64,000 nucleotides of DNA, taken from positions 64,001 through 128,000 of IMG/VR virus record IMGVR_UViG_3300021979_000004. One strand, given 5' to 3'. Origin of the DNA: a virus (lineage: Duplodnaviria; Caudoviricetes). The translations under genes and the position numbers were made by a program. Below the pieces are notes generated by a model. It made no database searches. It was not told the origin of the DNA and worked only from the letters and a program-made list of their open reading frames with translations. Shown piece after piece: positions 26,686 to 35,981 of this stretch; position 1 is the first letter of the stretch, and each line of letters opens with the position of its first letter.

Positions 26686-27744
26686 TCACACTTCGTTTTT
26701 GTAGAAATAAACAGCCGCTCCTACGTTGACAGCAATTTGTAGAATAATAACAAGCAGGAATGTCCACCAACTAATTTTGTTTTCCCAAAGATAGCTTTTG
26801 AATTCTTCCATTGGACGACGCTTAAAATCACGCACTACGTTGTTTTTAACAATAAGCGCAAGCTTACCAGCAGTTAGGGTATCAACTTCACTAAGATCAT
26901 AGTCGATAGCCGGATTAACCTCTTGGTTTTTAGACCAGCCGAACGAGTAAGACCATGACACTTCAGGGAAATTCGGCGCACCGATAACAACTACCTGATC
27001 ATTCTTACGGCCATTACGCCATTCGTTACGCAGGTATTCACCGAACTCAGAGCGATCACTATTAACAATGACAACCACAACATTGACTTGTTTTTGACCA
27101 CCGATTTCTTTTAGAACATTACGCATAGCCAAATTATATTCTTCTTGCGTAGCTTTATTAGCACTTACACCACGGAAGATTACAGGCTTGGCACGGTAAT
27201 AGTCGTACACACTCGGATAGTTCGGAACCAGCTTTTGAAGGTCTGGATCGACACGATGATTCTTACGATATAGAAGTGAAGAATCTACGCCCTTAAGGTA
27301 ATCAACATAAGAGTTTTCCATCGCTACGTGTTCACCAACAATAACTTTAGAAAATCGTGGTGGTTCTTCAGTACCCTGACGATCTACACGATTAATACGA
27401 ATATCACCAACTGTAGTACGAACCATCCAGTCATAATCCCAATTGTGGTCATAATACGTAGTACAAACTCGGTTGTTACCAGTACCGCTACAGATTTCAT
27501 AGCTATGTTCACAACTTACTTGTACCTGCTCTTTCCCAACTACTTTTCCGTTTAGAATTTCGGTGTTGAACTTTCCACCAAATAGAACAACCAGAGTACA
27601 AACAACACTGAAAAGAACTGAGATAATTACGCTGATTCCAACTTCACGCCACGAGACTTTGTGAGGGAATGCAAAACGCATTACAAATGGTGCGACAATA
27701 GCAACCACTGTAATTCCAACAATAAGCCAAATAAATCCAATCAT
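26686..27744 (-). CDS. Membrane protein with periplasmic TPM-like domain
   Basis: 2 N-terminal TM plus 1 C-terminal TM; NVVVVIV...WRNGRKNDQVVVIG resembles TPM domains. Confidence 0.55.
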   Translation of the reverse strand: MIGFIWLIVGITVVAIVAPFVMRFAFPHKVSWREVGISVIISVLFSVVCTLVVLFGGKFNTEILNGKVVGKEQVQVSCEHSYEICSGTGNNRVCTTYYDHNWDYDWMVRTTVGDIRINRVDRQGTEEPPRFSKVIVGEHVAMENSYVDYLKGVDSSLLYRKNHRVDPDLQKLVPNYPSVYDYYRAKPVIFRGVSANKATQEEYNLAMRNVLKEIGGQKQVNVVVVIVNSDRSEFGEYLRNEWRNGRKNDQVVVIGAPNFPEVSWSYSFGWSKNQEVNPAIDYDLSEVDTLTAGKLALIVKNNVVRDFKRRPMEEFKSYLWENKISWWTFLLVIILQIAVNVGAAVYFYKNEV

Positions 27745-27803
27745 ACTTTCACCCTTTTAGTTTATTACCAGATAAGTATACCAAAGGGTGAAAGTTATGT
27801 AAA
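27745..27803 (-). promoter_or_regulatory. sigma70 promoter nested in an RBS-sequestering inverted repeat
   Basis: 13-bp perfect inverted repeat 27745-27757 / 27783-27795; TTTACA-17-TATACT at 27775-27803. Confidence 0.6.
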
Positions 27804-27805
27804 GG

Positions 27806-28243
27806 TTAACCATTCAAAACATTAAGAACAACGGTCTTTGCTACCTTACCATCGAACCGACCTTTGTAATTTTTAGACAGATGACCCATTACTTGACCCA
27901 TTGCCTTATTACCTTCGGGTAGTTCATTGTTGTTAACAAACTCGTTAACGATGTTCTTGATATCGTCTTCAGAAAGTTGCTTAGGTAGGAACTCTTCTAA
28001 GATTTCCATTTCTTTATCAACTTCCGACACATCTTGATTTCGCTCAACATAGATAGCACGGTTGTCTCTTAAATTTTTGTAAAACTTTCCAACCTTTTCC
28101 TCTACGTCGGCATCCGTTACGGTTTGATTTCCTGATGGGGAAGCTTCACCGATAACTGTAGTAAGCAGTGACGCACGTAATGTATCTTTAGCTTTTCTAG
28201 CTAGTAATTGTTCTTTTTTGATTTTATTTAATAGATCAGACAT
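27806..28243 (-). CDS. YqeY/GatB-like protein
   Basis: A.KAKD..R..LL, E.EILEEFLPKQLSE and MG.VM...KGRFDGK motifs. Confidence 0.85.
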   Translation of the reverse strand: MSDLLNKIKKEQLLARKAKDTLRASLLTTVIGEASPSGNQTVTDADVEEKVGKFYKNLRDNRAIYVERNQDVSEVDKEMEILEEFLPKQLSEDDIKNIVNEFVNNNELPEGNKAMGQVMGHLSKNYKGRFDGKVAKTVVLNVLNG

Positions 28244-28276
28244 ATAATACCTCCATGAGGTATAGATTATAAGACT

Positions 28277-28768
28277 TTATTGTTTCTTGTCAATATCTAT
28301 ATTTGAATGAATTTTGACAACACCAGAAAGGGCGTAAACGTATCCGAATGCATTATTACATTTAATTGCGTTAGCTAAAATAGTACAATCTTTGATATAA
28401 TGGGTGTAGTTTTTATTAGGAACAAAATCACTAAGATTCTCTATAGTATATGTTGGACAATCACCACATGTTTCATAGATTTTTTGTATTGAATCCATTG
28501 CTGAAATAGGATTTTCTGTATAAACTATCATACCATCAAGTTGTTCATTGAGTTTTCGAGAGACAAAGGAAGTTGTAAGGCCATATTCTATACAGTCTTT
28601 ATAGGTGGGCTTGCAGCCAGTACTTATTCCATCATGTTCCCAATAGTCAGAGGGTTTTATGACATAATAGGCACCTTTTTTTGTGTTGGTGTCATACCAC
28701 GCAACACATACTGGAATTGTTCGTATTCCAGTGTTACTTGTACCAAAATGTATAATTATCATTTTCAA
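28277..28768 (-). CDS. DnaQ/DEDD-like exonuclease homolog, apparently catalytically degenerate
   Basis: IIHFGTS...PVCVAW...YVIKP..W...LN..L.G..VY..NP pattern; ExoI D-x-E replaced by H-x-G. Confidence 0.4.
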   Translation of the reverse strand: MKMIIIHFGTSNTGIRTIPVCVAWYDTNTKKGAYYVIKPSDYWEHDGISTGCKPTYKDCIEYGLTTSFVSRKLNEQLDGMIVYTENPISAMDSIQKIYETCGDCPTYTIENLSDFVPNKNYTHYIKDCTILANAIKCNNAFGYVYALSGVVKIHSNIDIDKKQ

Positions 28769-28821
28769 CTCACAACTATGTTGTAATTTACAATCTTACA
28801 ACATTATTTATAAACAAAAAC

Positions 28822-28846
28822 AAAAAAGAGGGCATAGCCCTCTTTT
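28822..28846 (-). terminator. Rho-independent terminator
   Basis: AAGAGGGC-ata-GCCCTCTT plus U-tract, directly after the clpP remnant. Confidence 0.75.
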
Positions 28847-28849
28847 AAT

Positions 28850-29020
28850 TTAACCATTCAGTTTGTTCTTATCCATGATTTCATCAACAAGGCCAAACGC
28901 TAGAGCTTCTTCTGCAACCATGTAATTGTCACGGTCACATGCAGCGTGAACTTCCTCTAGTGTCTTTCCAGTACAATCAGCATAGATTTCTTCTAGCCTT
29001 TGACGTGTACGTAGAATTAT
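28850..29020 (-). pseudogene. clpP: Orphan 3' fragment of a second clpP allele
   Basis: [38 protein letters not shown] aligns with [38 protein letters not shown]. Confidence 0.85.
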
Positions 29021-29512
29021 TACAGGAATACTAAGTACACCCTTGATGAAATTATTGAAAAGTTTAAAAAAGTTCACGGTGAAAAATATAGTTACAGATA
29101 TGTTAAATATTCTGGAATATTTAATTTAGTGAAAATAGAATGCCCTTTTCATGGTATGTATGAGCAATCGCCTAAAAACCACATATCAGGAAACGGTTGC
29201 CCTAATTGTACTGGTCGTGTTTCGAAGTCTTCAAACAAATGGTTAGATTCGTTTGAGAATAAAAACATTATCTATGAATATTCGATACCTGAAAATAAAA
29301 ACCTTATAGTAGATGGATATGACCCCACTACCAACACTGTTTATCAATATCATGGAGACTATTGGCACGGCAACCCCCGAAAATATAATCCAAATGATAT
29401 AAACTCGCATAATGGAGAACGTTTTGGGGAGTTATACAAAAAGACTTTAGAAAACGATAATTTTCTAAAGTCTTGTGGTTACCAACTCATTGTGAAGTGG
29501 GAAAGTGAATAA
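29015..29512 (+). mobile_element. 5'-truncated free-standing endonuclease (DUF723-like Zn repeat plus Vsr/PD-(D/E)xK-like nuclease)
   Basis: Open frame from 29015: KFKKVHGEKYSY...ECPFHG...GCPNC...VDGYD...YHGDYWHG; no start codon before the repeat. Confidence 0.7.
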
Positions 29513-29538
29513 TATACCATATCACAATTTCTATAACT

Positions 29539-30135
29539 TTATGGCTTTTTCATTTGGTCTGGGTACATAACCGCGTCTGCTAAACCAAAGTCAACAGCTT
29601 CTTCGGCGGTCATAAAGTTATCGCGATCACAAGCCGCATGAATTTCTTCTAGTGTCTTACCAGTGCATTCTGCATATATAGTCTCCAAACGCTTTCTGGT
29701 TCGTTGAATATGCTTTGCATGAATTTCAATATCACTAGACTGACCTTGAAAACCGCCCAAAGGCTGATGGATCATGTTCTCTGCCATTGGAAGCATGTAA
29801 CGCTTGCCTTGTGTACCACCACATGCTGCAAGGAAGCTACCCATAGACGCTGCCATACCGGTTACAACAGTAGTAATGTCTGGCGTGACATACTTCATAG
29901 TGTCGTAAATCGCCATACCTGCGGTTACAGAGCCACCGGGGCTGTTAATGTACACATGAATGTCTTTATTAGCGTCTTGGTTTTCAAGATACAGAAGCTG
30001 TGCACAAATTAGCGATGCCATTTCATCATTGACACCACCGGTCATCATAATCACACGTTCCTCTAGAAGACGTGAATAGATGTCCATTGAGCGTTCACCG
30101 TTAGAGGTGCGTTGGATTACCATAGGTACTAGCAT
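29539..30135 (-). CDS. clpP: ClpP protease proteolytic subunit
   Basis: [14 protein letters not shown], catalytic Ser AASMGS, His MIHQP, Asp DRDNFM. Confidence 0.97.
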   Translation of the reverse strand: MLVPMVIQRTSNGERSMDIYSRLLEERVIMMTGGVNDEMASLICAQLLYLENQDANKDIHVYINSPGGSVTAGMAIYDTMKYVTPDITTVVTGMAASMGSFLAACGGTQGKRYMLPMAENMIHQPLGGFQGQSSDIEIHAKHIQRTRKRLETIYAECTGKTLEEIHAACDRDNFMTAEEAVDFGLADAVMYPDQMKKP

Positions 30136-30169
30136 ATTATATTTCTCCTGATTTATGTTTGTGATTACA

Positions 30170-30198
30170 TCTTAACGTATTCATAAGGTTTTGTAAAC
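30170..30198 (-). promoter_or_regulatory. sigma70-type promoter of clpP
   Basis: TTTACA-17-TAAGAT. Confidence 0.55.
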
Positions 30199-30208
30199 CC
30201 TACAAATT

Positions 30209-30649
30209 TTATTCAAAATACTTATCAACGAATAGTTTCGATCTTTTAATATTGAAAAGATCATCGCGATCAAGTTCAATGATAGAATTGAAAAAGTCGG
30301 CGTTTTCAATATCACCAAATGTAACCGATTCGCCTTTTATAGCGGTATACTTAAGACCACTATAATCGATTAAATATTTCATGGTTTTACAAAAGTCTTC
30401 TGCGCCATCAAGGTCACAGAGAAATTCAATCTGGTCTGCTCCAAGCTGAACTTTATCATTTACTAAATCCGCATAGAAATCCCTGTCGGATTTAGGAACC
30501 TTACGGAATATTTCTTTACGCTCGGATGGATAAATTTTCTTTGCTCTGTCTACAAATATCTGTGCATAATTATCAACGTAATACTTTACCCTTTCATAAA
30601 GAACAATATTATCTTTAATAAAATTACCAACGGTGTATTTTACAATCAT
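30209..30649 (-). CDS. Hypothetical protein
   Basis: ORF track. Confidence 0.65.
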   Translation of the reverse strand: MIVKYTVGNFIKDNIVLYERVKYYVDNYAQIFVDRAKKIYPSERKEIFRKVPKSDRDFYADLVNDKVQLGADQIEFLCDLDGAEDFCKTMKYLIDYSGLKYTAIKGESVTFGDIENADFFNSIIELDRDDLFNIKRSKLFVDKYFE

Positions 30650-30650
30650 A

Positions 30651-31685
30651 TCAATTCTCTTCTGTTATTGAATCAATTCCCTTCTTAATCTTCATGTAAT
30701 TAAGGACTTTAGAAGGACTATACCGTACATGCCCACTATTATCAAGCTTTGCATCTTTTAAGTGCCGCACAATTTTATCTGTGTTACGTCTCTTTAACAC
30801 TAACTGATTGATAATTCGTGTTTTATCATCATTAGACACTTTTGAAATTCCAGTAAACTTGCAACCTTTATGCTCAAGGAATGTGTTACTGACCATAGCC
30901 AAGTCTTGCATACGTGATATCAATGCCTCCATGTGATATTCAATCACTGATTCATAATTACTTTCCTTGAGATTATTAATCACACGACTGGAATCACCTT
31001 TCAAAAATGAAAACTTCAAATACAAAGACAGAAGTGCATTGGGCATCTTACCATTTCTGATATTCTTTTCGTAATATTCAGAACCTTTAACAATAGAATT
31101 CTTAAAGAATTCCAGTGACAGCTTAGTCAGAATTTGATCTTTCATCATTCCATTAATAATTTCCCGATACTCTTCTGTACTGGTTTCATTATAAAGCATT
31201 TCTTTTGCTTTAGTAAACTCTTCGCGTGTCTTATCGTTCTCCACTTGATTTAGATACTTATCAAATTTGAGAAGATGACGTGCACATTCTTTGCCATACT
31301 TTTTATAAATTTTTACTAACTTCTTCTTGTAACATTTTAAAAAGTAATTTAACTCATCTACGTTTGAGATATGTAGCAAGTCCGCATCAATATAGTAATC
31401 CATGATGTGACTATCAATCCAAAGGTATAAGGAATACGATACAAATACCGTGAGCATATCAAGAGTTTGAAAGCACTCTGGGATTTCTCCGTTTTTGACA
31501 CACTCAGATACAGTTTCGTAATCAATATATTTTGAGATAACACCTATACACTCTTTGTTTCTACTAAGGCTTATATCAGTCATAGGCTGACTATCCATGG
31601 GATTATTCTTTCTAAGCTTCTTCAAAGAATCGATTTTGAAGTTCTCAGCAGTAAGCATATAGTTATATCTAATAAAAAGATTCAT
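30651..31685 (-). CDS. Helical hypothetical protein with C-terminal KIK motif
   Basis: Ends KVLNYMKIKKG. Confidence 0.7.
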   Translation of the reverse strand: MNLFIRYNYMLTAENFKIDSLKKLRKNNPMDSQPMTDISLSRNKECIGVISKYIDYETVSECVKNGEIPECFQTLDMLTVFVSYSLYLWIDSHIMDYYIDADLLHISNVDELNYFLKCYKKKLVKIYKKYGKECARHLLKFDKYLNQVENDKTREEFTKAKEMLYNETSTEEYREIINGMMKDQILTKLSLEFFKNSIVKGSEYYEKNIRNGKMPNALLSLYLKFSFLKGDSSRVINNLKESNYESVIEYHMEALISRMQDLAMVSNTFLEHKGCKFTGISKVSNDDKTRIINQLVLKRRNTDKIVRHLKDAKLDNSGHVRYSPSKVLNYMKIKKGIDSITEEN

Positions 31686-32182
31686 TACACTTCCTTATAC
31701 TTAATAATTGACATTATCTTTAGTAAGAATGATACCATGTAATACACAATACAAGCAATGATAATATGACCAACAGATGACATCATTACAGCCGGATTAT
31801 AAAATATTGCAGCATTTACGAATATTGAAATAATAAGCATAAACGAGAGAAACATTACGGTCCTAAAGATCATAGTAACATTATAAATCAATCTCAGTTT
31901 CTTATTATGGGTCTTATCTTGTGTGTCTGATAGAGAGACTTTCGATGTATCCATTACTAGACTAACATTATTAATCACAAAGTTTGACTCAGTGTCAATA
32001 TGATAGTCATAGTAAGATTTCAAGCAACATGCAATGAAAAGCGTAGTAACGAACACAGTGTAGACTAGTGATAGGCCCGATACACCCAAAAATGTTATTG
32101 ATCCACCAAATACACCGAAAGCATACCAAGGGATATAGCGCATGTTTCGATGTGTTATAATTTTATCAATTTGATCGCTCAT
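31685..32182 (-). CDS. 4-TM membrane protein
   Basis: Two hydrophobic hairpins separated by a polar loop. Confidence 0.7.
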   Translation of the reverse strand: MSDQIDKIITHRNMRYIPWYAFGVFGGSITFLGVSGLSLVYTVFVTTLFIACCLKSYYDYHIDTESNFVINNVSLVMDTSKVSLSDTQDKTHNKKLRLIYNVTMIFRTVMFLSFMLIISIFVNAAIFYNPAVMMSSVGHIIIACIVYYMVSFLLKIMSIIKYKEV

Positions 32183-32939
32183 CTAATTTCCTTTCTTCGT
32201 TAAGTTCATCTGCACGTTCTTTCAGACTAGTAATTAAGTTTTCCTTAATACCAGCAAAATATATCACGATGGATTTGTACATTTTTCCTTGTGCCACAAA
32301 GCATGATACCACTGTGATCAATAAAGCTAACGACGTGATGGAAACCGTGAGAGCTTGTGTCATGGCAATAAGCATCAAACACATAACACCCATAATGATT
32401 ATAAATGGCATATGGTTTTTATGTTTGAGAATGACAGCACCTAGTAGCTGCTTGGAATTAAATATTGCCACAAACTTTGCAATTAATCCCAATGACTTAG
32501 CAACCTCTTGGTCGTTTGAAGTCATGTATGATACATTAAGTGGCTGTGATTTGTCGCCAAAATCATTATGTTCATAAATGATTAAGTCACTATCAATAGC
32601 ATGTTTTATATTAAGTATTGAGTTCATAACATTCTTGTATTCTTTTACAGAATTCAATCCCAACCAAATAAACAAAAGTTCAACCAGTGCGATATAAGCC
32701 ACAACACCTATAGTACCAAAGATTGAATAACTGAGGGCACCAAATGCAAAGAACACAATGGCGATAATCCAAGAAACCAGAGTATGGGTTAGAAGATCGA
32801 AATTCTTAGTAACCCCATACAGACTGGTTTTTAGGTGACCATCATTAAATGTAAGGACATTCATGAAATTGAGTTTTCCGCTTTTCTCAATTTCACTCAA
32901 TGCCTTTATTTGCTCACTTAATGGAGTATCATTGTTCAT
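32166..32939 (-). CDS. 4-TM membrane protein
   Basis: Same 2TM-loop-2TM layout; VLTFN motif. Confidence 0.7.
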   Translation of the reverse strand: MNNDTPLSEQIKALSEIEKSGKLNFMNVLTFNDGHLKTSLYGVTKNFDLLTHTLVSWIIAIVFFAFGALSYSIFGTIGVVAYIALVELLFIWLGLNSVKEYKNVMNSILNIKHAIDSDLIIYEHNDFGDKSQPLNVSYMTSNDQEVAKSLGLIAKFVAIFNSKQLLGAVILKHKNHMPFIIIMGVMCLMLIAMTQALTVSITSLALLITVVSCFVAQGKMYKSIVIYFAGIKENLITSLKERADELNEERKLDERSN

Positions 32940-33726
32940 TTATCTCTTCCTTAGTCATACCCATACTTTTAAGTGATGCTTTAATCTCAACCTTGTAATC
33001 TACGCCAAGGTTAACAAGCTTAAGAACATTAATGAAACTCAGCTTATCAAATGAGATTTCAAAGCCGGTAATCTGCTCATCACCAAACGGGTGTCTCTGT
33101 GTAATAGTCTTGACATTTTCACCGCCAAACTTCTTTCCAAGTTGGATACGAACGTCAGAAATCTTCTCTTCCATTTGCTCACGATCCGGGCGACCAAACA
33201 TACTAACGCGCTGTAGGCCAATCTTGGCAAGGAAGTTTTTACCATTAAAGCTAAAACGGTTGCTATATGAAATATTATAGCTGTTACCGTCCACCGCATA
33301 AAACATGTCCCTTGACACAGATGGTAAGAAATGTACTACCACAATAAAAGACTTAGAACATGATTCAACATAGGATCGAACTTCGTCTGGGGTATCCATA
33401 ATCTTTTGTTCTACGCCAGCATCGTTAACATTCAAAACAAGACAATGCTCATCACATTCCTTGTCGTGAATTTCTTCGAAGTACGATTCAAATGCCTTGG
33501 CTAGTGGGCTTACATAACTAATGATAGGGCCATCGAAGCGTGAAGAAATAAAGTCACGGACTAGCTTTTCATTAGCAAATGACATAACACCACTGACTTT
33601 TTCTTTACCCATTGCATGATACTCGGGTACGATACCAAACAAAGATCGTACCATACAACGGTTTTCATCAGTGCTACGGTTGCATTCAGTGAAAGATTTT
33701 TTTACGTCACCTTTGGTAAATTTCAT
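32929..33726 (-). CDS. Hypothetical protein
   Basis: ORF track; TTGTAA-17-TATAAT promoter at 33758-33786. Confidence 0.7.
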   Translation of the reverse strand: MKFTKGDVKKSFTECNRSTDENRCMVRSLFGIVPEYHAMGKEKVSGVMSFANEKLVRDFISSRFDGPIISYVSPLAKAFESYFEEIHDKECDEHCLVLNVNDAGVEQKIMDTPDEVRSYVESCSKSFIVVVHFLPSVSRDMFYAVDGNSYNISYSNRFSFNGKNFLAKIGLQRVSMFGRPDREQMEEKISDVRIQLGKKFGGENVKTITQRHPFGDEQITGFEISFDKLSFINVLKLVNLGVDYKVEIKASLKSMGMTKEEINEQ

Positions 33727-33791
33727 AACAATAACCTGTGTCTGTAAGTTTTATACCATTATAAAGCAATTATTTTGTAATTACAAGTGCT

Positions 33792-33814
33792 AAAAAGAGC
33801 CTTTAAGGCTCTTT
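33792..33814 (-). terminator. Rho-independent terminator
   Basis: AAAGAGCCT-tta-AGGCTCTTT. Confidence 0.7.
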
Positions 33815-34495
33815 GATTTCTTCGTCATCTTCGTTGGCGGCTTCGTTAAGGTCAGCTACAATACCAACCATAAGCCGTGTATACTTTAGCCGCACAACCT
33901 CATAGAGGAACCTAGAGGCAAAATATACATTAAATGCAATTGCGACTGCAAATGATGGTGTGTGGAAAACAATGAAACAAGTCACCAATACCAGAATAGC
34001 CATAGATGTAGTAAACGATGCCATGCTATTCTTTAACGAGTCATAAAGAACGTCGTCATAAAGGTAGTGTGAATATAGTATAAGTTGTTTAAACTTACTC
34101 TTAGCCTCTTCTGACTTCGCTACAATATATGGTGATTTAATTTCATAGTCACCGTTTTCAACAATCTTATGATACGGATATTCTTCATCAATCATAACTT
34201 TACGACGACGGTACATAGTATAGGCAGACCACAGAGTACCAAGTGTTAAAATACCATAAAGTACAATAAGTCCGCTTGCGCCATATATAAAGAAAACACC
34301 TAACATAAGGCCAACCAACAATACTGTGTTAATCTTATCAATACTATTCATACCCATAATGTCAAAATTAAAGGTAAGAATGTATCCACTTCGATCAAGT
34401 CTTTCTTGTGGAAGATTTTTAATAATATCACTATTAAGGCGTCCTTCTGACATATCTTCAGTAATAGCCTTAACTGAATTCATAAATTCTTTCAT
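33803..34495 (-). CDS. 4-TM membrane protein
   Basis: ILTFN motif and 2TM-loop-2TM layout like 32166. Confidence 0.7.
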   Translation of the reverse strand: MKEFMNSVKAITEDMSEGRLNSDIIKNLPQERLDRSGYILTFNFDIMGMNSIDKINTVLLVGLMLGVFFIYGASGLIVLYGILTLGTLWSAYTMYRRRKVMIDEEYPYHKIVENGDYEIKSPYIVAKSEEAKSKFKQLILYSHYLYDDVLYDSLKNSMASFTTSMAILVLVTCFIVFHTPSFAVAIAFNVYFASRFLYEVVRLKYTRLMVGIVADLNEAANEDDEEIKEP

Positions 34496-34497
34496 AG

Positions 34498-35001
34498 TTA
34501 TTCACCGTTCTTCGAAATGTTGGTAACTTTCTCAAGTATACTCAACGCAGTTTTATCAGTCAATATCTCTTCTAGTCCATAATGAAGTGGGCTAGGCCAA
34601 TTACCAAACTCAAACCAGTGTGCGTCACTACTCTCCCAATTTAACACAGGAAGAAACTCATCACTAACGATTCCTACATAGGTTGTGTATTTGAATCCTT
34701 TGGATTCGTCAGTATAAGTATACAATACTTCTAAGCTTGAAGGATCAATTTTCTTACCTGCTTCTTCATGTACTTCACGCGCTACCGCCTGTTTTTCATT
34801 TTCTTCAGGGTCAACAGCACCCCCAAAAACTCCCCATGTTCCGGGTTCTAGTACTAGGGCAGATCGTTTAGGAATCAATATCTTACCAGTCTTCATGGAA
34901 ACCAGAAGGCATCCTGCACCTTTACTCCCCCAATATCCAGTTTTCTGCAATACCTTATCATGTACTTCATCATGATCGTGGTTCATCGTATACTTCCTCA
35001 T
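34498..35001 (-). CDS. Nudix hydrolase
   Basis: Nudix box GGAVDPEENEKQAVAREVHEEAG. Confidence 0.92.
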   Translation of the reverse strand: MRKYTMNHDHDEVHDKVLQKTGYWGSKGAGCLLVSMKTGKILIPKRSALVLEPGTWGVFGGAVDPEENEKQAVAREVHEEAGKKIDPSSLEVLYTYTDESKGFKYTTYVGIVSDEFLPVLNWESSDAHWFEFGNWPSPLHYGLEEILTDKTALSILEKVTNISKNGE

Positions 35002-35419
35002 TTACATTTGTATATATTTTTAATTCTTTAGTTTTTTCTTCGACATTTATTCTTAATGAAAAAGGGTCTAGTTCAAAACTGCTCATCATGTCGTCTATCA
35101 TATCTTTACTGATATAGGGTTTTTCAGATTCAAGTATGTCTTTGAATGTCATCACAAAAAAGGTCGTATGCTTCAACTCGTCCATTAACATATCATAATG
35201 GTTTTTGTGTTTAGAGTTCATAAAATAAATTATTTTGGCATTTCGACTTCGTATATGTCTTACATGAAATATTTCATTTACCTTATCAGGTATAACGTTG
35301 TTCACGTAGTTATCTACCTGCTCCGAAGTTCTTTCTGGTGTAAAACGGTATTCAAATAGTCTGAATACATTATATAACTTATCGACAAACTCTTTTGTTG
35401 AATAACACTCTTTACTCAT
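34970..35419 (-). CDS. Hypothetical protein
   Basis: ORF track. Confidence 0.65.
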   Translation of the reverse strand: MSKECYSTKEFVDKLYNVFRLFEYRFTPERTSEQVDNYVNNVIPDKVNEIFHVRHIRSRNAKIIYFMNSKHKNHYDMLMDELKHTTFFVMTFKDILESEKPYISKDMIDDMMSSFELDPFSLRINVEEKTKELKIYTNVNEEVYDEPRS

Positions 35420-35972
35420 ACTCTACACGGTCGTAAATGAACTTAACTAGTAATGCTTTCGCGTCACTTAATGCCTGCTCTTCAGTGACTGGCTTTTCAT
35501 AGTTCAATACTTCTTTATGATAGATGGTGTTCATGCTAACTTCAATTTGGGTTGTATCACCATGGCTCACAATTACACCGGAGTTGAAATTAAAAATCTC
35601 TTTTCGATTCTCAAACTCATATCCACCATAGTTAAATGTATAATGCTTCTCAAAAAGAAAGTTACTATCTTCGTCCTTTTCTTCCATGCGTTTAAATTCC
35701 CAAAATCCATTTTTAACAATGTACGACACAAACTTACCCGCCCATTGTAAGTATCCAAGCTTTCTATCAAGAGTCCATTCAGTGTCGTCGCGATCATCAC
35801 TCACGCTTTGAAGCTCGTTTCTAAGATCGGTGACCTCTTCCTGAAGTTCTTCCTGATTCTCATTCCAACGTGACACCAGAGCATTATATAATGGATCAGC
35901 AGAATGATCCCTTTCAATTTCAATCAACAGTTCATCAAATGAAAGATTTCTCAATAGTGGTTCTTTAATCAT
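35412..35972 (-). CDS. Hypothetical protein with N-terminal coiled coil
   Basis: ORF track. Confidence 0.65.
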   Translation of the reverse strand: MIKEPLLRNLSFDELLIEIERDHSADPLYNALVSRWNENQEELQEEVTDLRNELQSVSDDRDDTEWTLDRKLGYLQWAGKFVSYIVKNGFWEFKRMEEKDEDSNFLFEKHYTFNYGGYEFENRKEIFNFNSGVIVSHGDTTQIEVSMNTIYHKEVLNYEKPVTEEQALSDAKALLVKFIYDRVEYE

Positions 35973-35981
35973 AATAACCTC

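Noticed and set aside
28850-29077. 75-aa ORF as a functional mini-ClpP
   Set aside because: Its first 20 residues are antisense of the endonuclease frame, and it lacks the catalytic Ser and His; treated as a remnant.
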